A DNA stretch of 63,874 nt, filler included, from Octopus bimaculoides (GCF_001194135.2; 5 parts of 5 records of this genome joined end to end with filler, not necessarily neighbours in it); one strand, 5' to 3'. Shown: positions 1 to 14,537, counted from the whole stretch's first letter. Numbers and translations are program-made. The notes: generated by a model from the letters alone, not told the origin.

Positions 1-49
<49 letters not shown>

Positions 50-788
50 CATCCACACGCATGTACGCACAACCACGCACGCACGCACATATATAAAGGC
101 GCGCAAACACGCACTTCCACACATTCATTCACCAGCAAATATATCCCAGCCTTGTTTCTTAGCTCCCATAACACGGATGAATTTGGAAGCAGTTTTACCA
201 TTATCTTAGACCAGCGTTCTCATTCGGGCCCCCTGTGAGTCCGTATAATATTTTGTGGGGTCACGCAAGAAAATAACAAATTGGCGATCCACAATAAGGG
301 TCACTGAAAAATACGTGGTTTAGATGAACCTTCTGCAAGAAACGCCTATGTTTCTCTCTCTAACATTTTACGTTGTTCAGCCTACAAAAGTTAATGTGTG
401 AAAAACAAAATAGGAATTTTGAAAGAAGTCTCTATAAAACTAGTTTTTAAACATCGAATGGCTGTGTGTGTGTGTGNNNNNNNNNNNNNNNNNNNNNNNG
501 TGGGGGGGGGGTCTACCAGAATAAGATAGTAACCAAAAGAGGCCCACGAGAGCCAAATAGTAAATTAGGGATTTACGGTAGTATTTTAAGGGGCCCCTCA
601 AAAACTTTTGAGCTAGGTGTGTGTATCGCTATGTGTCACGCTGAATCTCCCCTGAGAACTACGTTAAGGATACACATGTCTGCGGAGTGCTCAGCCACTT
701 GCACGTTAATTTCCTGAGCAACCTGTTTCGTTGATCGGATCAACTGGAACCCTCGTCGTCGTAACCGACGAAATGCTCCTATATGTGC

Positions 789-827
<39 letters not shown>

Positions 828-1410
828 CGCGCGCGTGCGTGTGCTTGTGTATATTCAAAGTAGAATTTTTCAGTCCGCTATTTCCTGATGAAGACGATAA
901 AAATCTGATCTGAATGTAATTGGCTGCTATTTTTAACACGTCACGCAACCACGTAAAGGCCTCACGGTCATATTCCTTGTTATGTAACGTCTGCTTTCAT
1001 CTCATTGTACCCGAATTACTCTGGTGGTTGCTTAGCATCAGCAACACACTCATCGCCTTTAGCCCCGACACCCCACCCCAACTCACCCCNNNNNNNNNNN
1101 NNNNNNNNNNNNNNNNNNNNNNNNNNNNNNNNNNNNNNNNNNNNNNNNNNNNNNNNNNNNNNNNNNNNNNNNNNNNNNNNNNNNNNNNNNNNNNNNNNNN
1201 NNNNNNNNNNNNNNNNNNNNNNNNNNNNNNNNNNNNNNNNNNNNNNNNNNNNNNNNNNNNNNNNNNNNNNNNNNNNNNNNNNNNNNNNNNNNNNNNNNNN
1301 NNNNNNNNNNNNNNNNNNNNNNNNNNNNNNNNNNNNNNNNNNNNNNNNNNNNNNNNNNNNNNNNNNNNNNNNNNNNNNNNNNNNNNNNNNNNNNNNNNNA
1401 AGGAATGAAC

Positions 1411-1935
1411 AGAGAGAGACAGAGGCAGAGAGAGACAGAGGCAGAGAGAGACAGAGGCAGAGAGAGACAGAGGCAGAGAGAGACAGAGGCAGAGAGAGAC
1501 AGAGGCAGAGAGAGTGAAACAGAGAGAGATAGGGAAAGAGAAACAGAGAGAGAGACAGGGAGAAACAGAGAGAGACAAACAGAGAAAGAGAGAGAGAGAG
1601 GGTAAGAAAGAAAGAGAGAACTAAAGAACGAGGGAGAGAGAGAGAGAGAGAGCAAGAAAGAGAGAGAGAGCAAGAAAGAGAGAGAAAGCAAGAAAGAGAT
1701 AGAGAGGGAATGAGAAAGACAAGAGCAAGAAAGAGAAAGAAAGAGAGTAAAAAGAGTGAGAGAGAGAGTGAGAATGAAAAGGAGAGAACTAAAAAGAGAG
1801 AGAAAGAGAGAGAAAGAGGAAGAGAGAAAGTGAGAGAGGGAGAGAGAGAGAGGAAGAGAGACAGAGAGAACTAAAGAGCGAAGGAGAGAGAGAGGGAGAG
1901 AAAGCGAGTGAAACAGAGTGAAACAGAGAGAAGGC
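1411..1935. repeat. GA-rich tract with 16-bp unit AGAGAGAGACAGAGGC x6 (1411-1506)
   Basis: Direct reading. Confidence 0.9.
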
Positions 1936-2118
1936 GGCGAGTCGGCAGAGTTGTTAGCACGCCGGGTGAAATACTTATTGGTACGTTCCGAGTTCAAATT
2001 CCGCCAAGGTCGACTTTACCTTTCATCCTTTCGGGGGTCGATGGATGAAGTACCAGTTGAGTACTGGGGTCGTTGTAATCGACTTATCCCACCCCCAAAT
2101 ATCAGGCCTTGTGCCTAG
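1933..2118 (+). mobile_element. tRNA-derived SINE family B
   Basis: ggcggcgagtcggcagagttgttagcacgccggg...gagttcaaattccgcc...cctttcatcctttcggggtcgat...gtaccagttgagtactggggtcg. Confidence 0.85.
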
Positions 2119-2980
2119 AGTAGACAGGATTATTCTTAACATATTTCAGTTAATTATGGTTAAGTGGTCAGCCCCGGATGACGCTTATGGAGGGCGGCGC
2201 TTTTAGGTTTGCTGTATAGGCTTCTGGAGGCCCGTGTGTGTGAGCGGTACACGCAAGGGCTTCCCTGAGCGGCAAACATTCTAGCTACGGCTACTGTGGC
2301 TGGAAAAGGAAAAACTNNNNNNNNNNNNNNNNNNNNNNNNNNNNNNNNNNNNNNNNNNNNNNNNNNNNNNNNNNNNNNNNNNNNNNNNNNNNNNNNNNNN
2401 NNNNNNNNNNNNNNNNNNNNNNNNNNNNNNNNNNNNNNNNNNNNNNNNNNNNNNNNNNNNNNNNNNNNNNNNNNNNNNNNNNNNNNNNNNNNNNNNNNNN
2501 NNNNNNNNNNNNNNNNNNNNNNNNNNNNNNNNNNNNNNNNNNNNNNNNNNNNNNNNNNNNNNNNNNNNNNNNNNNNNNNNNNNNNNNNNNNNNNNNNNNN
2601 NNNNNNNNNNNNNNNNNNNNNNNNNNNNNNNNNNNNNNNNNNNNNNNNNNNNNNNNNNNNNNNNNNNNNNNNNNNNNNNNNNNNNNNNNNNNNNNNNNNN
2701 NNNNNNNNNNNNNNNNNNNNNNNNNNNNNNNNNNNNNNNNNNNNNNNNNNNNNNNNNNNNNNNNNNNNNNNNNNNNNNNNNNNNNNNNNNNNNNNNNNNN
2801 NNNNNNNNNNNNNNNNNNNNNNNNNNNNNNNNNNNNNNNNNNNNNNNNNNNNNNNNNNNNNNNNNNNNNNNNNNNNNNNNNNNNNNNNNNNNNNNNNNNN
2901 NNNNNNNNNNNNNNNNNNNNNNNNNNNNNNNNNNNNNNNNNNNNNNNNNNNNNNNNNNNNNNNNNNNNNNNNNNNNNNNN

Positions 2981-3027
<47 letters not shown>

Positions 3028-3429
3028 TGTATGTATATTATAGTCATTAGATAGGGTTGGTGGAGGGTAGTTCTTTTGAAAGAAACTGCATAAAAATACC
3101 AGAATGTGTTCCTTCGGTTCCTTGGTTCATGTGCCATCACGTAGTTGTGTCACCTGCAAGAAATAGCAACCGAATCTTCCTTTACATACCAGATTCACAG
3201 TTTCCGCTGAGACAAAAAAACAGACTAAGTTAGACCACGTAAACTAATGTAGTTAGTGGCTCTATACAAATTTTATCTGAAAATAGATTAGGTCATGGAG
3301 AGAATGTCTTTGAGCAGAATGTCTAATATATCAGGGGCTTATTCGGGGTTAATTAACAACAACCAGAAATTCACCCTGAACGCCTTCAGATCGGTGGGCT
3401 TGGAGTGTGCACGAGCACATGTAATACAT

Positions 3430-3468
<39 letters not shown>

Positions 3469-5135
3469 NNNNNNNNNNNNNNNNNNNNNNNNNNNNNNNN
3501 NNNNNNNNNNNNNNNNNNNNNNNNNNNNNNNNNNNNNNNNNNNNNNNNNNNNNNNNNNNNNNNNNNNNNNNNNNNNNNNNNNNNNNNNNNNNNNNNNNNN
3601 NNNNNNNNNNNNNNNNNNNNNNNNNNNNNNNNNNNNNNNNNNNNNNNNNNNNNNNNNNNNNNNNNNNNNNNNNNNNNNNNNNNNNNNNNNNNNNNNNNNN
3701 NNNNNNNNNNNNNNNNNNNNNNNNNNNNNNNNNNNNNNNNNNNNNNNNNNNNNNNNNNNNNNNNNNNNNNNNNNNNNNNNNNNNNNNNNNNNNNNNNNNN
3801 NNNNNNNNNNNNNNNNNNNNNNNNNNNNNNNNNNNNNNNNNNNNNNNNNNNNNNNNNNNNNNNNNNNNNNNNNNNNNNNNNNNNNNNNNNNNNNNNNNNN
3901 NNNNNNNNNNNNNNNNNNNNNNNNNNNNNNNNNNNNNNNNNNNNNNNNNNNNNNNNNNNNNNNNNNNNNNNNNNNNNNNNNNNNNNNNNNNNNNNNNNNN
4001 NNNNNNNNNNNNNNNNNNNNNNNNNNNNNNNNNNNNNNNNNTATATATATATATATATATATGCATATATACATACATATATATTATCCAATGCCAACAC
4101 TTGATTGTTCTCTTAAGCATCAACACAACGAATCCGAATGTTCAGTCTTCTTAGTGACTTATACGTTTATGCACAGATTGGGGAATGATGGGCACCTCTT
4201 GCAGCGGGTGTTCAGAAAGCATAACACACACGGTGATTCATGTTTTCGTTTCGTCATCTAATTTTTCATTGAGTCTTTTGCATTTCTCGGCTACGGCTAT
4301 CCATAGTATGCAACACATAATAGAGATGCTAAAATTCAAGCGATGCCTGTGTCAGAATCTTTCTAAAGTGAATGAAAGGACTTTCAATGGGCCTGTCCCG
4401 CTCTCTAAAGAACCTATGTATATGTACAAAAAGAACTAATCGACATCATTAGATGCAAACGAGGTCATGGATGTTACATCATAGTTTTTCTTTCAGAGAA
4501 ATGTCTAAACAAGGACTTAGGGGTCTCCTAAGGTCAGTTGTTGCATGGCCCTTTGAAAGGATTGACTTTTCATCCTGCAAAGCATCTAAAGGAAAAAAAC
4601 TAACCTCCTGACCAAAAAAGCTGAGGAAGGTTGCCAATTTAGTAAGTGACGGCCCGACTATGCGACAGGCTGTACTAGGTTACATGTTGCTAGTTAGTAA
4701 GAGTACATTGGCATAATTTCCGTAGACGCGCGCACTCGTGTGTGTAGGTGTATGTGTGTGTGTATGTGTGTGTGTATGTGTGTATGGCTAAGTTTCCAAT
4801 TAACAGTTTCCAATTAGAATTTTTCTCTCAAAACGCGTTGGTAGAATTGAACATTCGAGACTTTGTATATTTGTATACTACTGCACTTTGGTATACAAAA
4901 AGATGGCAAGTTGTCAGTTTCCCAAATTCCCAGTAATTTCTTTTTCCATTCATATAGCGCCGAGGTCCCTGTACTTTTTTCCTCTTCTACGGAATAGATA
5001 AAATAAAGTACCAATCAAGTTCAAGGGCTGATGTAATCAACTTGCCCATACCTTTAAAAATTGCTGGCCTTGAGCCACAATTTGAAATTAATTGTTGTTA
5101 TTATCATTATAATTATTGTTGTTGTTGTTGTTAGG

Positions 5136-5342
5136 ACGGTGAGCTTGGCAGAATCGTTAGCTCGCCAGGCGAAATGCATACCGGCATTTTGCCCGTCGCT
5201 ACGTTCTGAGTTCAATTTCAGCCGAGGTCAACATTTGCGTTTCATCCTTACGGGATCGATAAAATAAGTACCAGCTGAACTCTGGGATCGATATAATCGA
5301 CTCAACCCAACCTCTCCCAAGCTGCCCTTGTGGCAAAAATTT
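5136..5342 (+). mobile_element. SINE family B
   Basis: Same head and central domain; a partial copy at about 4955-5050. Confidence 0.8.
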
Positions 5343-5491
5343 GAATGATAATAATAATAATAATAACTATTATTATTATTGTTATCATCATCATCATTAT
5401 TATTATTATTATTACTATTATTATTATTACACTTTATGTATTGAATACGTTTTCTTCGATTATAAGCACTCGCATTCACAAGTCTTTATAA

Positions 5492-5531
<40 letters not shown>

Positions 5532-5548
5532 NNNNNNNNNNNNNNNNN

Positions 5549-5590
<42 letters not shown>

Positions 5591-5592
<2 letters not shown>

Positions 5593-5727
5593 GACGGGCT
5601 TTTTTTAGTTTCTGTCTACTTTGGTCGGACCGAGGGTATAGTAGAAGACACTTGCCTAAGATGCCACGCAGTGGGATTGAACCAGAACCATATGGTTGGT
5701 CAGCACGTTACACTACCACGCAGCCAT
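5591..5727 (-). mobile_element. SINE family A 5' half
   Basis: Reverse complement of the family A head/body. Confidence 0.75.
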
Positions 5728-6403
5728 ATATATATATGCATGTATGTATGTATGTATGTATGAATGTATGTATGTATGTATGTACATGCGTTTGTGTGTG
5801 TGTGAGAGTGTTTGTAGATATGGCTATGCATTTACATAAATCTATACATACCTTAATATATATAAGTTCTCATACACATACATATAAGCAGAGTAAAAGA
5901 GAAAAATAAATAAAACGAAAACGAAAACTGATACCTTATTTAAAAATGAAGGTATAGTGATATATGCATTCACTTTCACATATATACACACACACACATA
6001 TATATATACTAAATTAAATATATATCATATACATTTTTTGTCATGTATGTATTGGCTTCGTGTGTATTCGACTTAATCATGTATTTTCCGAGTACTCGAT
6101 TGTATACGTATTTAGTTGTATAGTTTGAGTCATGTTTTTCTGTTAGCTTTATATATTGTTTGTATATACGCATGTATGCATGTATGTATGTGTGTGTTTA
6201 GTCGTGTGTGCTCTGTGTATATAGTTTGTATATTTTCTTGAAAGATTCTCCTCTTCATTGTTTTTATTCACAAGTTGGCATCAAAAGACAAACCCTGAAA
6301 CGCAACCACGTCAGTTCTGATACTTGTCTGGCATTTATTGATATTTCCTTCCAACTTTGAACTGCTCACTTCTACATCAAAACATACATTCTTTGTTTGC
6401 AGC

Positions 6404-6483
<80 letters not shown>

Positions 6484-6539
6484 TAATAATAATAATAGTA
6501 ATAATAATAGTAATAATAGTAATAATAATAATAATAATA

Positions 6540-6613
<74 letters not shown>

Positions 6614-6616
6614 AAT
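6404..6616. repeat. (AAT)n/(GAT)n microsatellite; representative of many (e.g. 16030-16216, 24216-24439, 28474-28560, 36541-36598, 63240-63306)
   Basis: Direct reading. Confidence 0.95.
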
Positions 6617-6806
6617 CAGTGTTGCTGTCAAAATTTCAAATTCTTTTGAAAGTGTGATACTCCACCCCTTTTCTGCTTTATTTTATATAATGATTGCTAT
6701 TGTAGTTTAGCCCCAGGTCAACCTTGCCTCCGCAGACACATGATCAAAGTCGCTTCAATCGTGGTTCCGATTTGTTTTTTTTTGTTTTTTTTGCTTGCTT
6801 GCTTGC

Positions 6807-6849
<43 letters not shown>

Positions 6850-7014
6850 TTACTTTTGCATTTTATTCAGACATAATGTACATGGGCCTACTTTATCCAA
6901 TGTGCCCCTGCATTTTCAAAAATAAAAAAAAAAGAACTATCATTAAGATAATTTTTGAGTGAGATAGGAGTTGCCATTTCAAGTTTGTCGAATGACCACG
7001 TAGAAGCAAGATCA

Positions 7015-7120
7015 CAGGTTCGTTTTGATATATGGTTTATAAGCCTGGTACTTATTCTATCGGTCACTTTTGTCGAACCGCTAAGTTACGTGGATGTAAA
7101 CACGTCGACATCGGTTGTCA
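7015..7120 (-). mobile_element. SINE family A 3' part
   Basis: gcctggtacttattctatcggtc...cgctaagttacg...gtaaacac...catcggttgtcaag. Confidence 0.7.
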
Positions 7121-7174
7121 AGCGATGTTAGGAGGACAAACACAAATACATGCATACGTTCATATATATATATA

Positions 7175-7752
7175 TATTTGACGGGTTTTTCCCTCCAAAA
7201 AGAAGGTTGCGTATTTCCCTCCAAAAGGAAGGTTTTTCGGCTGGTCGTGCAACCATTTATGCACTGCTTCCTTCTCATCTTCATCCGTAGGAAATCAACG
7301 ACCTCGTAAACCATCTTTGAGCGATCTAAAGTTATGATAGTCGTAAGGTGCGAGATCTGAGCTATAGGCAGGGTGTTCCAGCACCTCAAAGCCCGTGTAT
7401 GGGCGTGCATTGCCATGCAACAAAACTTGCTTCGACAATAGGCTTTGGCGTTTGGTGTGAATGGTTGGTGTCAGTTTGTTGGCCAGCAAAGTACTGTACC
7501 TTGCACTGTTGATTGTTCACTCTTTTTCCAGAGGAAATGGATCACTGTTCTTTGTTCGTCTTTGGCGCGCATTGCTAGTGAAGCGGCCATGCTTACACTG
7601 TAAAACCAGAAAGAAAAATGGCGCGATCAGGCTCAAACTTCGATCACATGACCGCAATAGTACCAGCTGTAAGCACGCATGCGCAAAAGGTAGAGTGACA
7701 ATAATAAAGTTATGTTATGGCGAAAGCGCTGATAGTTTTTTTACTTCCCCTT
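7175..7752 (-). mobile_element. Internally deleted mariner transposon
   Basis: HGNARPY...HPAYSSDLAPYDYHNFRSLKDGLRGR (cf. HDNARPH, YSPDLAPxD); mariner-like end TATAAGGGGAAGTAAAAAAAC at about 7756-7735. Confidence 0.8.
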
Positions 7753-7778
7753 ATATATAGATACATAGATAGATAGTT

Positions 7779-7843
<65 letters not shown>

Positions 7844-8294
7844 TACATACGTGCGCACGCATTCTTTTTGAGAGTAGATTTCGAAACTCATAAAGCTATA
7901 AACAGAAGCCCTCGACATTTTTCGTCCAAAAGGGATTTGCAACCTAATAATCATATTCTGTTATTTATAGCTTTATGTTCTTCGAGATCCACTGTTCCAA
8001 AAAAGCATTATTTCACGTACTCTCGAAAGTTTATAAATTCTTATAACGTCAGCAATATATACCCGTATACAATATATATTTATATATACACTATATATAC
8101 ATGCACGCACAGATGCATATATCTACGCAATATATATAATTTACATTTTAAATCCGCTTTACATATATATATGTATGTGTGTGTGTATACATATATTACA
8201 CACGCGCATATATATTACGTATGCATACGCATTATATATAGTGCGTGTGAATATTGAATGTACATACTTTATATTACATGCATACACACACACA

Positions 8295-8373
<79 letters not shown>

Positions 8374-8470
8374 TATGCATATACACAAACACCTACAATG
8401 CCCATTGTTGGTTGAACGGTATAGTGGATATGCTACAAACTTCACAAGCACCACACACATACACACACAT

Positions 8471-8508
<38 letters not shown>

Positions 8509-10235
8509 ACACATACACGCACACACACGCGTACACAAACACACACAAACACACACAAACACACACACTGAGTAAACAAATCACTAACGAAAAGTATAAC
8601 AAGAAAAAAACAACATTCATACAAATAAAACTAGATATTGAAAAACACCACCACCACCGCCACCACTAACACCACTGCTACTACCACCACTATTTCTACT
8701 ACTACCACTACTGCTGCTGCTGCCATATTGTAGTGTAGTGTAAAGTGACTTTGACAAATATCAGAATTCTATAAAGAAAGAAGAAAGTGAGTTGTCTTGA
8801 AGTATGTCAGAATTGTGGCTTTTTGAGTTCCACCTTGTCAAAAAATAGCAAAGATAAGGCATGAAAAATGATTTCATTTGTCGCTAACCCTGGATTAATG
8901 GGTATTTCTACGTTCTACTCTGATGTTAGCTTTCCCGCCTTCTGCACAGCCGTTCTACTGTGTCGGACATCTGTGTGTGTAATCGTATGAGTCTGTGTAT
9001 ATCGGCGTGTGTGTGTGTCGGCTTGTGTGTGTAGTGCAGTTTTAGCTGTGTGTGTAGTTGAGTTTATATGTTTGTTGCCATGTGTGTGTGTGTGTGCGTG
9101 TGAGACGATGTGCTTTATAGCAATGTAAGTTCGAGTTTGTAGCCAGAGCTGCATATTTGTGTTTGTGTTCTCTGTGTATTTATAACGTGTGTTTGTGTGG
9201 TGTAATTTTAGCTGTGTATGCAGCTGTCAGTGTATGTATGTGAGACGATATGATTTGTAGCTATGTAAGGTTGTGTCTCTGTGTATATCTACGTGTTTGT
9301 ATGTGTGTTCGTGCATTTATAATGCATGTCTAACTGAAATGTGTGTTTATGTAGGCTGGTGTTTGTAAGTGTAGCTGCGAATATTTGTGCGTGAGACTAC
9401 ATATGTGGATATGTAAATATGGTGTGTGTCTGGCTACATAATGCGTAGATATAGAAATTGTGTTAGTAACTCTGTGAGAGTGTGTGTGTGTGCATGCGAG
9501 TATGCGTGTGTATATATATGTCTGTAACTGTACAGTTCTTGGCAATAGTCACTGTGTTCGCAGCCATGTTGTAGCGTTTGTTACAATAGTGTGTACGCGT
9601 GTGTGTGTATGTGTGTGTGTGTGTACATAAGTAGTTATGTCTAGCTATGTAAGATGTGTGATACACATTTACATGCGTATGGCGGGAGACGTACGGCCAT
9701 GTTTTGCGTGCGTGTGTACGCGTGTGTGTATGTACGTGCAAATGTGTGCGTGCATGCGTGTGTGTGAGAATGTGTGTATCTCTACTTGGTTCCAGGTCAG
9801 TGCTCCGCAGCCTATTTTCACATGCGGCACACTTATATTCTTTTCAAAATTCGGCGGCACAACTGAACTAAAAATATAACAAAATGTATAGGGGAAAAAA
9901 ACAATATTCAGGTTACACTGCGGCACATCTAGCATCGTCTCGTGGCACACCAGTGTGCCGCGGCATACCAGTTGCGGAGCACTGTTGTAGATAGCCGTCA
10001 TGAACGAATCTTTCCAGCCACATCAACATGTGATCAGTGGCTGTGACGAGGCTCAATGAATAAAACATTGCGCCTGTATGGTAAAAAATCTGTTTCTCGA
10101 CCACTTGATTCTGGGTTCAATCCTACTGCGTGGCACCTTTAACAAGTGTCTTCTACTATAGCTTCGGGCCGACCAAAACCTTGTGAGTGGATTTGGTAGA
10201 CGGAAACTAAGAAGTACGTCGTCATATATGTATAT

Positions 10236-10395
10236 GCCGAGGAGTGGCTTTGTGGTATGTAGCTTGCTTACCAACCACATGGTTCCGGGTTCAGTCCAAC
10301 TCCGTGGCACCTTGGGCAAGTGTCTTCTGCTACAGCCTCGAGCCGACCAAAGCCTTGTGAGTGGATTTGGCAGACAGAAACTGAGAGAAGCGCGT

Positions 10396-10433
<38 letters not shown>

Positions 10434-10645
10434 TGTATGTATGTATGTATTATGTGTGTGTGTGTTTGTGTGTCTCTCTGTCCCCCCCCCACCATCACTT
10501 GACAACCGATGTTGGTGTATTTACATCCTCGTAACTTAGTGGTTCGATAAAAGAGACCGTTAGAATAAGTACTAGGCTTATAAAAGAATAAGTTCTGGGA
10601 TCGATTTGTTCGAGTAAAGGCGGCGCTCCAGCGTGGCCGCAGCCG
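10236..10645 (+). mobile_element. tRNA-derived SINE family A, full copy with internal (TA)/(TG) microsatellite
   Basis: A-box TGGCTTTGTGG, B-box GGTTCAGTCC; body gcaagtgtcttctactatagc...gagtggatttggtagacggaaactg; 3' part gacaaccgatgttggtg...tccagcgtggccgcag. A partial copy lies just upstream (about 10066-10222). Confidence 0.85.
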
Positions 10646-12654
10646 CTCCTGTGCCTGTATATATAGGACGACGACGACTGCTTTGAGTCAATTCTTCAAA
10701 GCTAATGTCGTTCTTGCTCTCGTTCGGTTAGATCGCTTGTAAATGGCACAAAGGAATGGACACTTTCTTTAAAGCTCGAAGAACGATTAAAGGATTATTG
10801 CACTGAACTTCGACGCATATGCTGAAGGAAGTCTTTTTTTTTTTGTGGGGTGGTGGAGAAACACATCCATTATAAAAACAAATTTGTGAGTCTTTATTCC
10901 ACTCATGCCACTGAACATTAAGCACACTTTCCAAGGCGCTGCTTTGGAGTAAAATCTGTGTCAGTATTATCAATTATCTTTTACAAATGTTGGTCAGTTA
11001 CTGATGAGTCTCAAACTCTCTTGTCCCGAAACCATCACCAAAGATTTTCGATACTAAGTATGAATCTTTGGCGTGGTAATGCCGGATGGAACGAGCTGTG
11101 AGGAGAAATGAGGTCTGTCTTGACAGGGTCATCAACTGATGATGATGATGACGAAGAGTATGNNNNNNNNNNNNNNNNNNNNNNNNNNNNNNNNNNNNNN
11201 NNNNNNNNNNNNNNNNNNNNNNNNNNNNNNNNNNNNNNNNNNNNNNNNNNNNNNNNNNNNNNNNNNNNNNNNNNNNNNNNNNNNNNNNNNNNNNNNNNNN
11301 NNNNNNNNNNNNNNNNNNNNNNNNNNNNNNNNNNNNNNNNNNNNNNNNNNNNNNNNNNNNNNNNNNNNNNNNNNNNNNNNNNNNNNNNNNNNNNNNNNNN
11401 NNNNNNNNNNNNNNNNNNNNNNNNNNNNNNNNNNNNNNNNNNNNNNNNNNNNNNNNNNNNNNNNNNNNNNNNNNNNNNNNNNNNNNNNNNNNNNNNNNNN
11501 NNNNNNNNNNNNNNNNNNNNNNNNNNNNNNNNNNNNNNNNNNNNNNNNNNNNNNNNNNNNNNNNNNNNNNNNNNNNNNNNNNNNNNNNNNNNNNNNNNNN
11601 NNNNNNNNNNNNNNNNNNNNNNNNNNNNNNNNNNNNNNNNNNNNNNNNNNNNNNNNNNNNNNNNNNNNNNNNNNNNNNNNNNNNNNNNNNNNNNNNNNNN
11701 NNNNNNNNNNNNNNNNNNNNNNNNNNNNNNNNNNNNNNNNNNNNNNNNNNNNNNNNNNNNNNNNNNNNNNNNNNNNNNNNNNNNNNNNNNNNNNNNNNNN
11801 NNNNNNNNNNNNNNNNNNNNNNNNNNNNNNNNNNNNNNNNNNNNNNNNNNNNNNNNNNNNNNNNNNNNNNNNNNNNNNNNNNNNNNNNNNNNNNNNNNNN
11901 NNNNNNNNNNNTATATATATATATATACATATGCATATATACACACAATCATATACGTATATATATATATATATATATATACACATTTATTTAGACAAGC
12001 ATACACACGTATATACACATATTTGCACAAGTATATATACATTCGCACACACACTCACACATATATGTGTACTCGCCATACACAAAAGAATTCATATGTG
12101 CGTACCAGTCAGATAATTACGTATGTATATATTATACATACATAATATAATAATGTATTAATATTACATGGGTTTCGTTGCATATTAATATAAAATTTTT
12201 AACAACGTGTGCAAATATATGTAGCAAGCATTTCTTTGTCGATTGCCTCATTGAATTCTCTGTCCTTCTGTTCGTTGGCAATAATTATAGTTTTAATAAT
12301 ATATATTTTTTTTAATATCTAAACATATGTTACCTGTTCGTTATGACCTAACAGGATTCATTAAATAGAAGAACGTAGCTGGGAATAAAGGTGAGGGTTG
12401 AATGTGAGAATATATGTAAATTAGACACAAAGGTTGGGATTAAATGTACGAGCAAATGCGAAAAAGGGTTAAAGGTGATGTTGGTATGTGAGCAATTATG
12501 TAAACTAGGGGGCAAAGGTCAAAGTTGAATGGGAGAAAATAATCAAAATTATATATTAACATATAATACAAATATATAAACTATAAATTTATGAATTTAT
12601 TTATTGAGATATTTTATGTTTTTAAATTTCAATCGTGGAAAAGTATTGCAAGTA

Positions 12655-12722
12655 AAGGCAGACGAAATACCACTAAGCATTTCGCCCAGCGTGCTAACGT
12701 TTCTGCCAACTCGCCGCCTTAC
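12655..12722 (-). mobile_element. SINE family B head
   Basis: Reverse complement of ggcggcgagttggcagaaacgttagcac. Confidence 0.7.
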
Positions 12723-12899
12723 AAATGTACCTAAAATGACCAAACTCCACCCGGTTTCTCTTGTATATAAGAAGCCATAGATTCGGCATATTTATAAGCA
12801 GTACTTGGATTATTTTCTGATTTTTTTTTTCAGAGATGCAAAGTGGATTGAACAGTGACATGAGAACATGCGATTGTGTAGAGTGATAAAGGCGGAGGG

Positions 12900-14120
12900 A
12901 CAAGTGTTAAAATGGGAGCGAGATCAGGTAAAAAAATAAAAAACAAAAAGATTCAAGGAGGATGTAGTACGGAATTGAAAAACAGATGTCCCCCCGGGTT
13001 GAAGCTATGTGTAAAGGAAAATGGGAGTTCAGAAAATGTGGAGATGGCTAATTCGAAGTGGAAGAGACACAAGTTGCCCTGAATGGTGCGTTGGAGAAGT
13101 CGGATGTCGGATTAGACTAAGTGAGGGACCAAGAAAAGCAGTTGATTGATAGGCTGGTACGAGTAAAGAGGGTAGAATTGTCAATAGCTCGGGCGCAACA
13201 ACGAGCGGTGTAAAGGGCTGAATGGTGCAACCACATTGGAGGAAAACATGGGCAGTTATGCAGGATTTAATTTCTAATCAGTTTCAAATACAGAAGTGGC
13301 GGGTGTTTAGCAACTGTATTATGGAGATTAGCTGATCTGGTGTGAGTAGAGAAGGATGAAAACAACTGAGTTAGTAGGGTGGATGGTCAATTGACATGCG
13401 AATGTCAAAGAAGTTGACGGAGTTATGAAAGAAGGTAAATGTGAATTTTAAGGTAGGGTCGAGGGAGCTGGTGAAGTAAAATGAGATGAGTTGTTCGTGA
13501 GTAAAAAACATAGCATCGTTACAATGGTTGACATAACGAGTGAATACTTAGGGTGAAGACAGTCAAGTGGTTGAAGATCTGTTCCTCGATTACAGGTAAG
13601 TTCACTGCTATTTATTCATCACCGTGAAGAAAGTTCACGATGAGAAGTTCACCACGAGAGAAGTTTACCGAGAAAATATAGCCACAGTGTTTCACCATTA
13701 ATAGTTAAAAACTATTTTATTGATAAAAAGAGGGGAAAAAACGGTGAATTAATGACGTCAATGCGACAAATAGGTTAGCGTAGCCAGGGCACATCCTGGT
13801 GCCGATTTCAGCTCCAGTAAACTTCTGGTAAAAATCCATGAGAATGGAAAAGGAGTAAAGAATAGAAACGAGTTCGATGAGGCGAATGAGAATAGGGATG
13901 GCGGATTCGAGTGCATTTCGACGATCTAAGAATTTGAGAAACCACAGCAAAAGTGTGGTTAAAGAGATACAGAGCCTCAATCTTGTCACGACCGTAGATA
14001 GAAAGGCTGCTAGCGAAGATGAGAAGAATGAGTGGGGATAATTAGATAAGAGGGAGAATTAAGCGGAGTGTTAGTTATGTGTGTTGGGGAGGAAGTAGAT
14101 GATAGGCGCACATGGTATAC
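12900..14120 (-). mobile_element. Penelope-like element RT remnant
   Basis: FLDRR...LIRLIELV...FYQKFTGAEIGTRMCPGYANLFV (cf. PLE GxAMGTRMGPSYANLF); downstream DPTLKFT- and FLDI-like motifs. Confidence 0.6.
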
Positions 14121-14204
14121 GGACGACGTTGACGTTGTGAGTTGTGGGTAGCGGAAAGGGAGAGGAAAGCAATGCTGATCTAAGTTACGGTCACACTGGG
14201 CAGT

Positions 14205-14537
14205 GGCCTAAGAGCCCCATTCTCATCTATGTTATAGCTTCATATTCAAACTATAGTGGCCTGCACACTAGGCAGTTGTTCAAAGGCCTAATGGATCTAG
14301 GTGCCCAATTCTGATCTATAGTATGGCTTACTGTCGAACCTATAAAGACCAGCACATTGCACAGTTGTACCAGGAGTCCCAGGGGCCCAACAGATCTGAG
14401 AATCCAATTCTGATCTGTAGTGTAGCTTAATGTCAAACTTATAAAGGCCAGCACATTGCGCAGTTGTACCAGGGGCCCACCCAATTCTGATCTATGCTGT
14501 GGCTTGCTGTCAAATAGTATAGGGCCCAGCACACTGA
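14205..14537. repeat. Degenerate minisatellite, about four 70-100-bp units
   Basis: Repeated ccaattctgatct...gctt..tgtc.aa..tata..g.ccagcacattgc.cagttgtaccagg. Confidence 0.75.

Noticed and set aside
208-665. hAT-type MITE (cagcgttctca ... tgagaac)
   Set aside because: Only 7 bp of terminal complementarity and no TSD; plausible but unsupported.
4150-4700. Possible hAT/zinc-finger transposase remnant
   Set aside because: Only a KGPC-like tetrapeptide; no continuous alignment.
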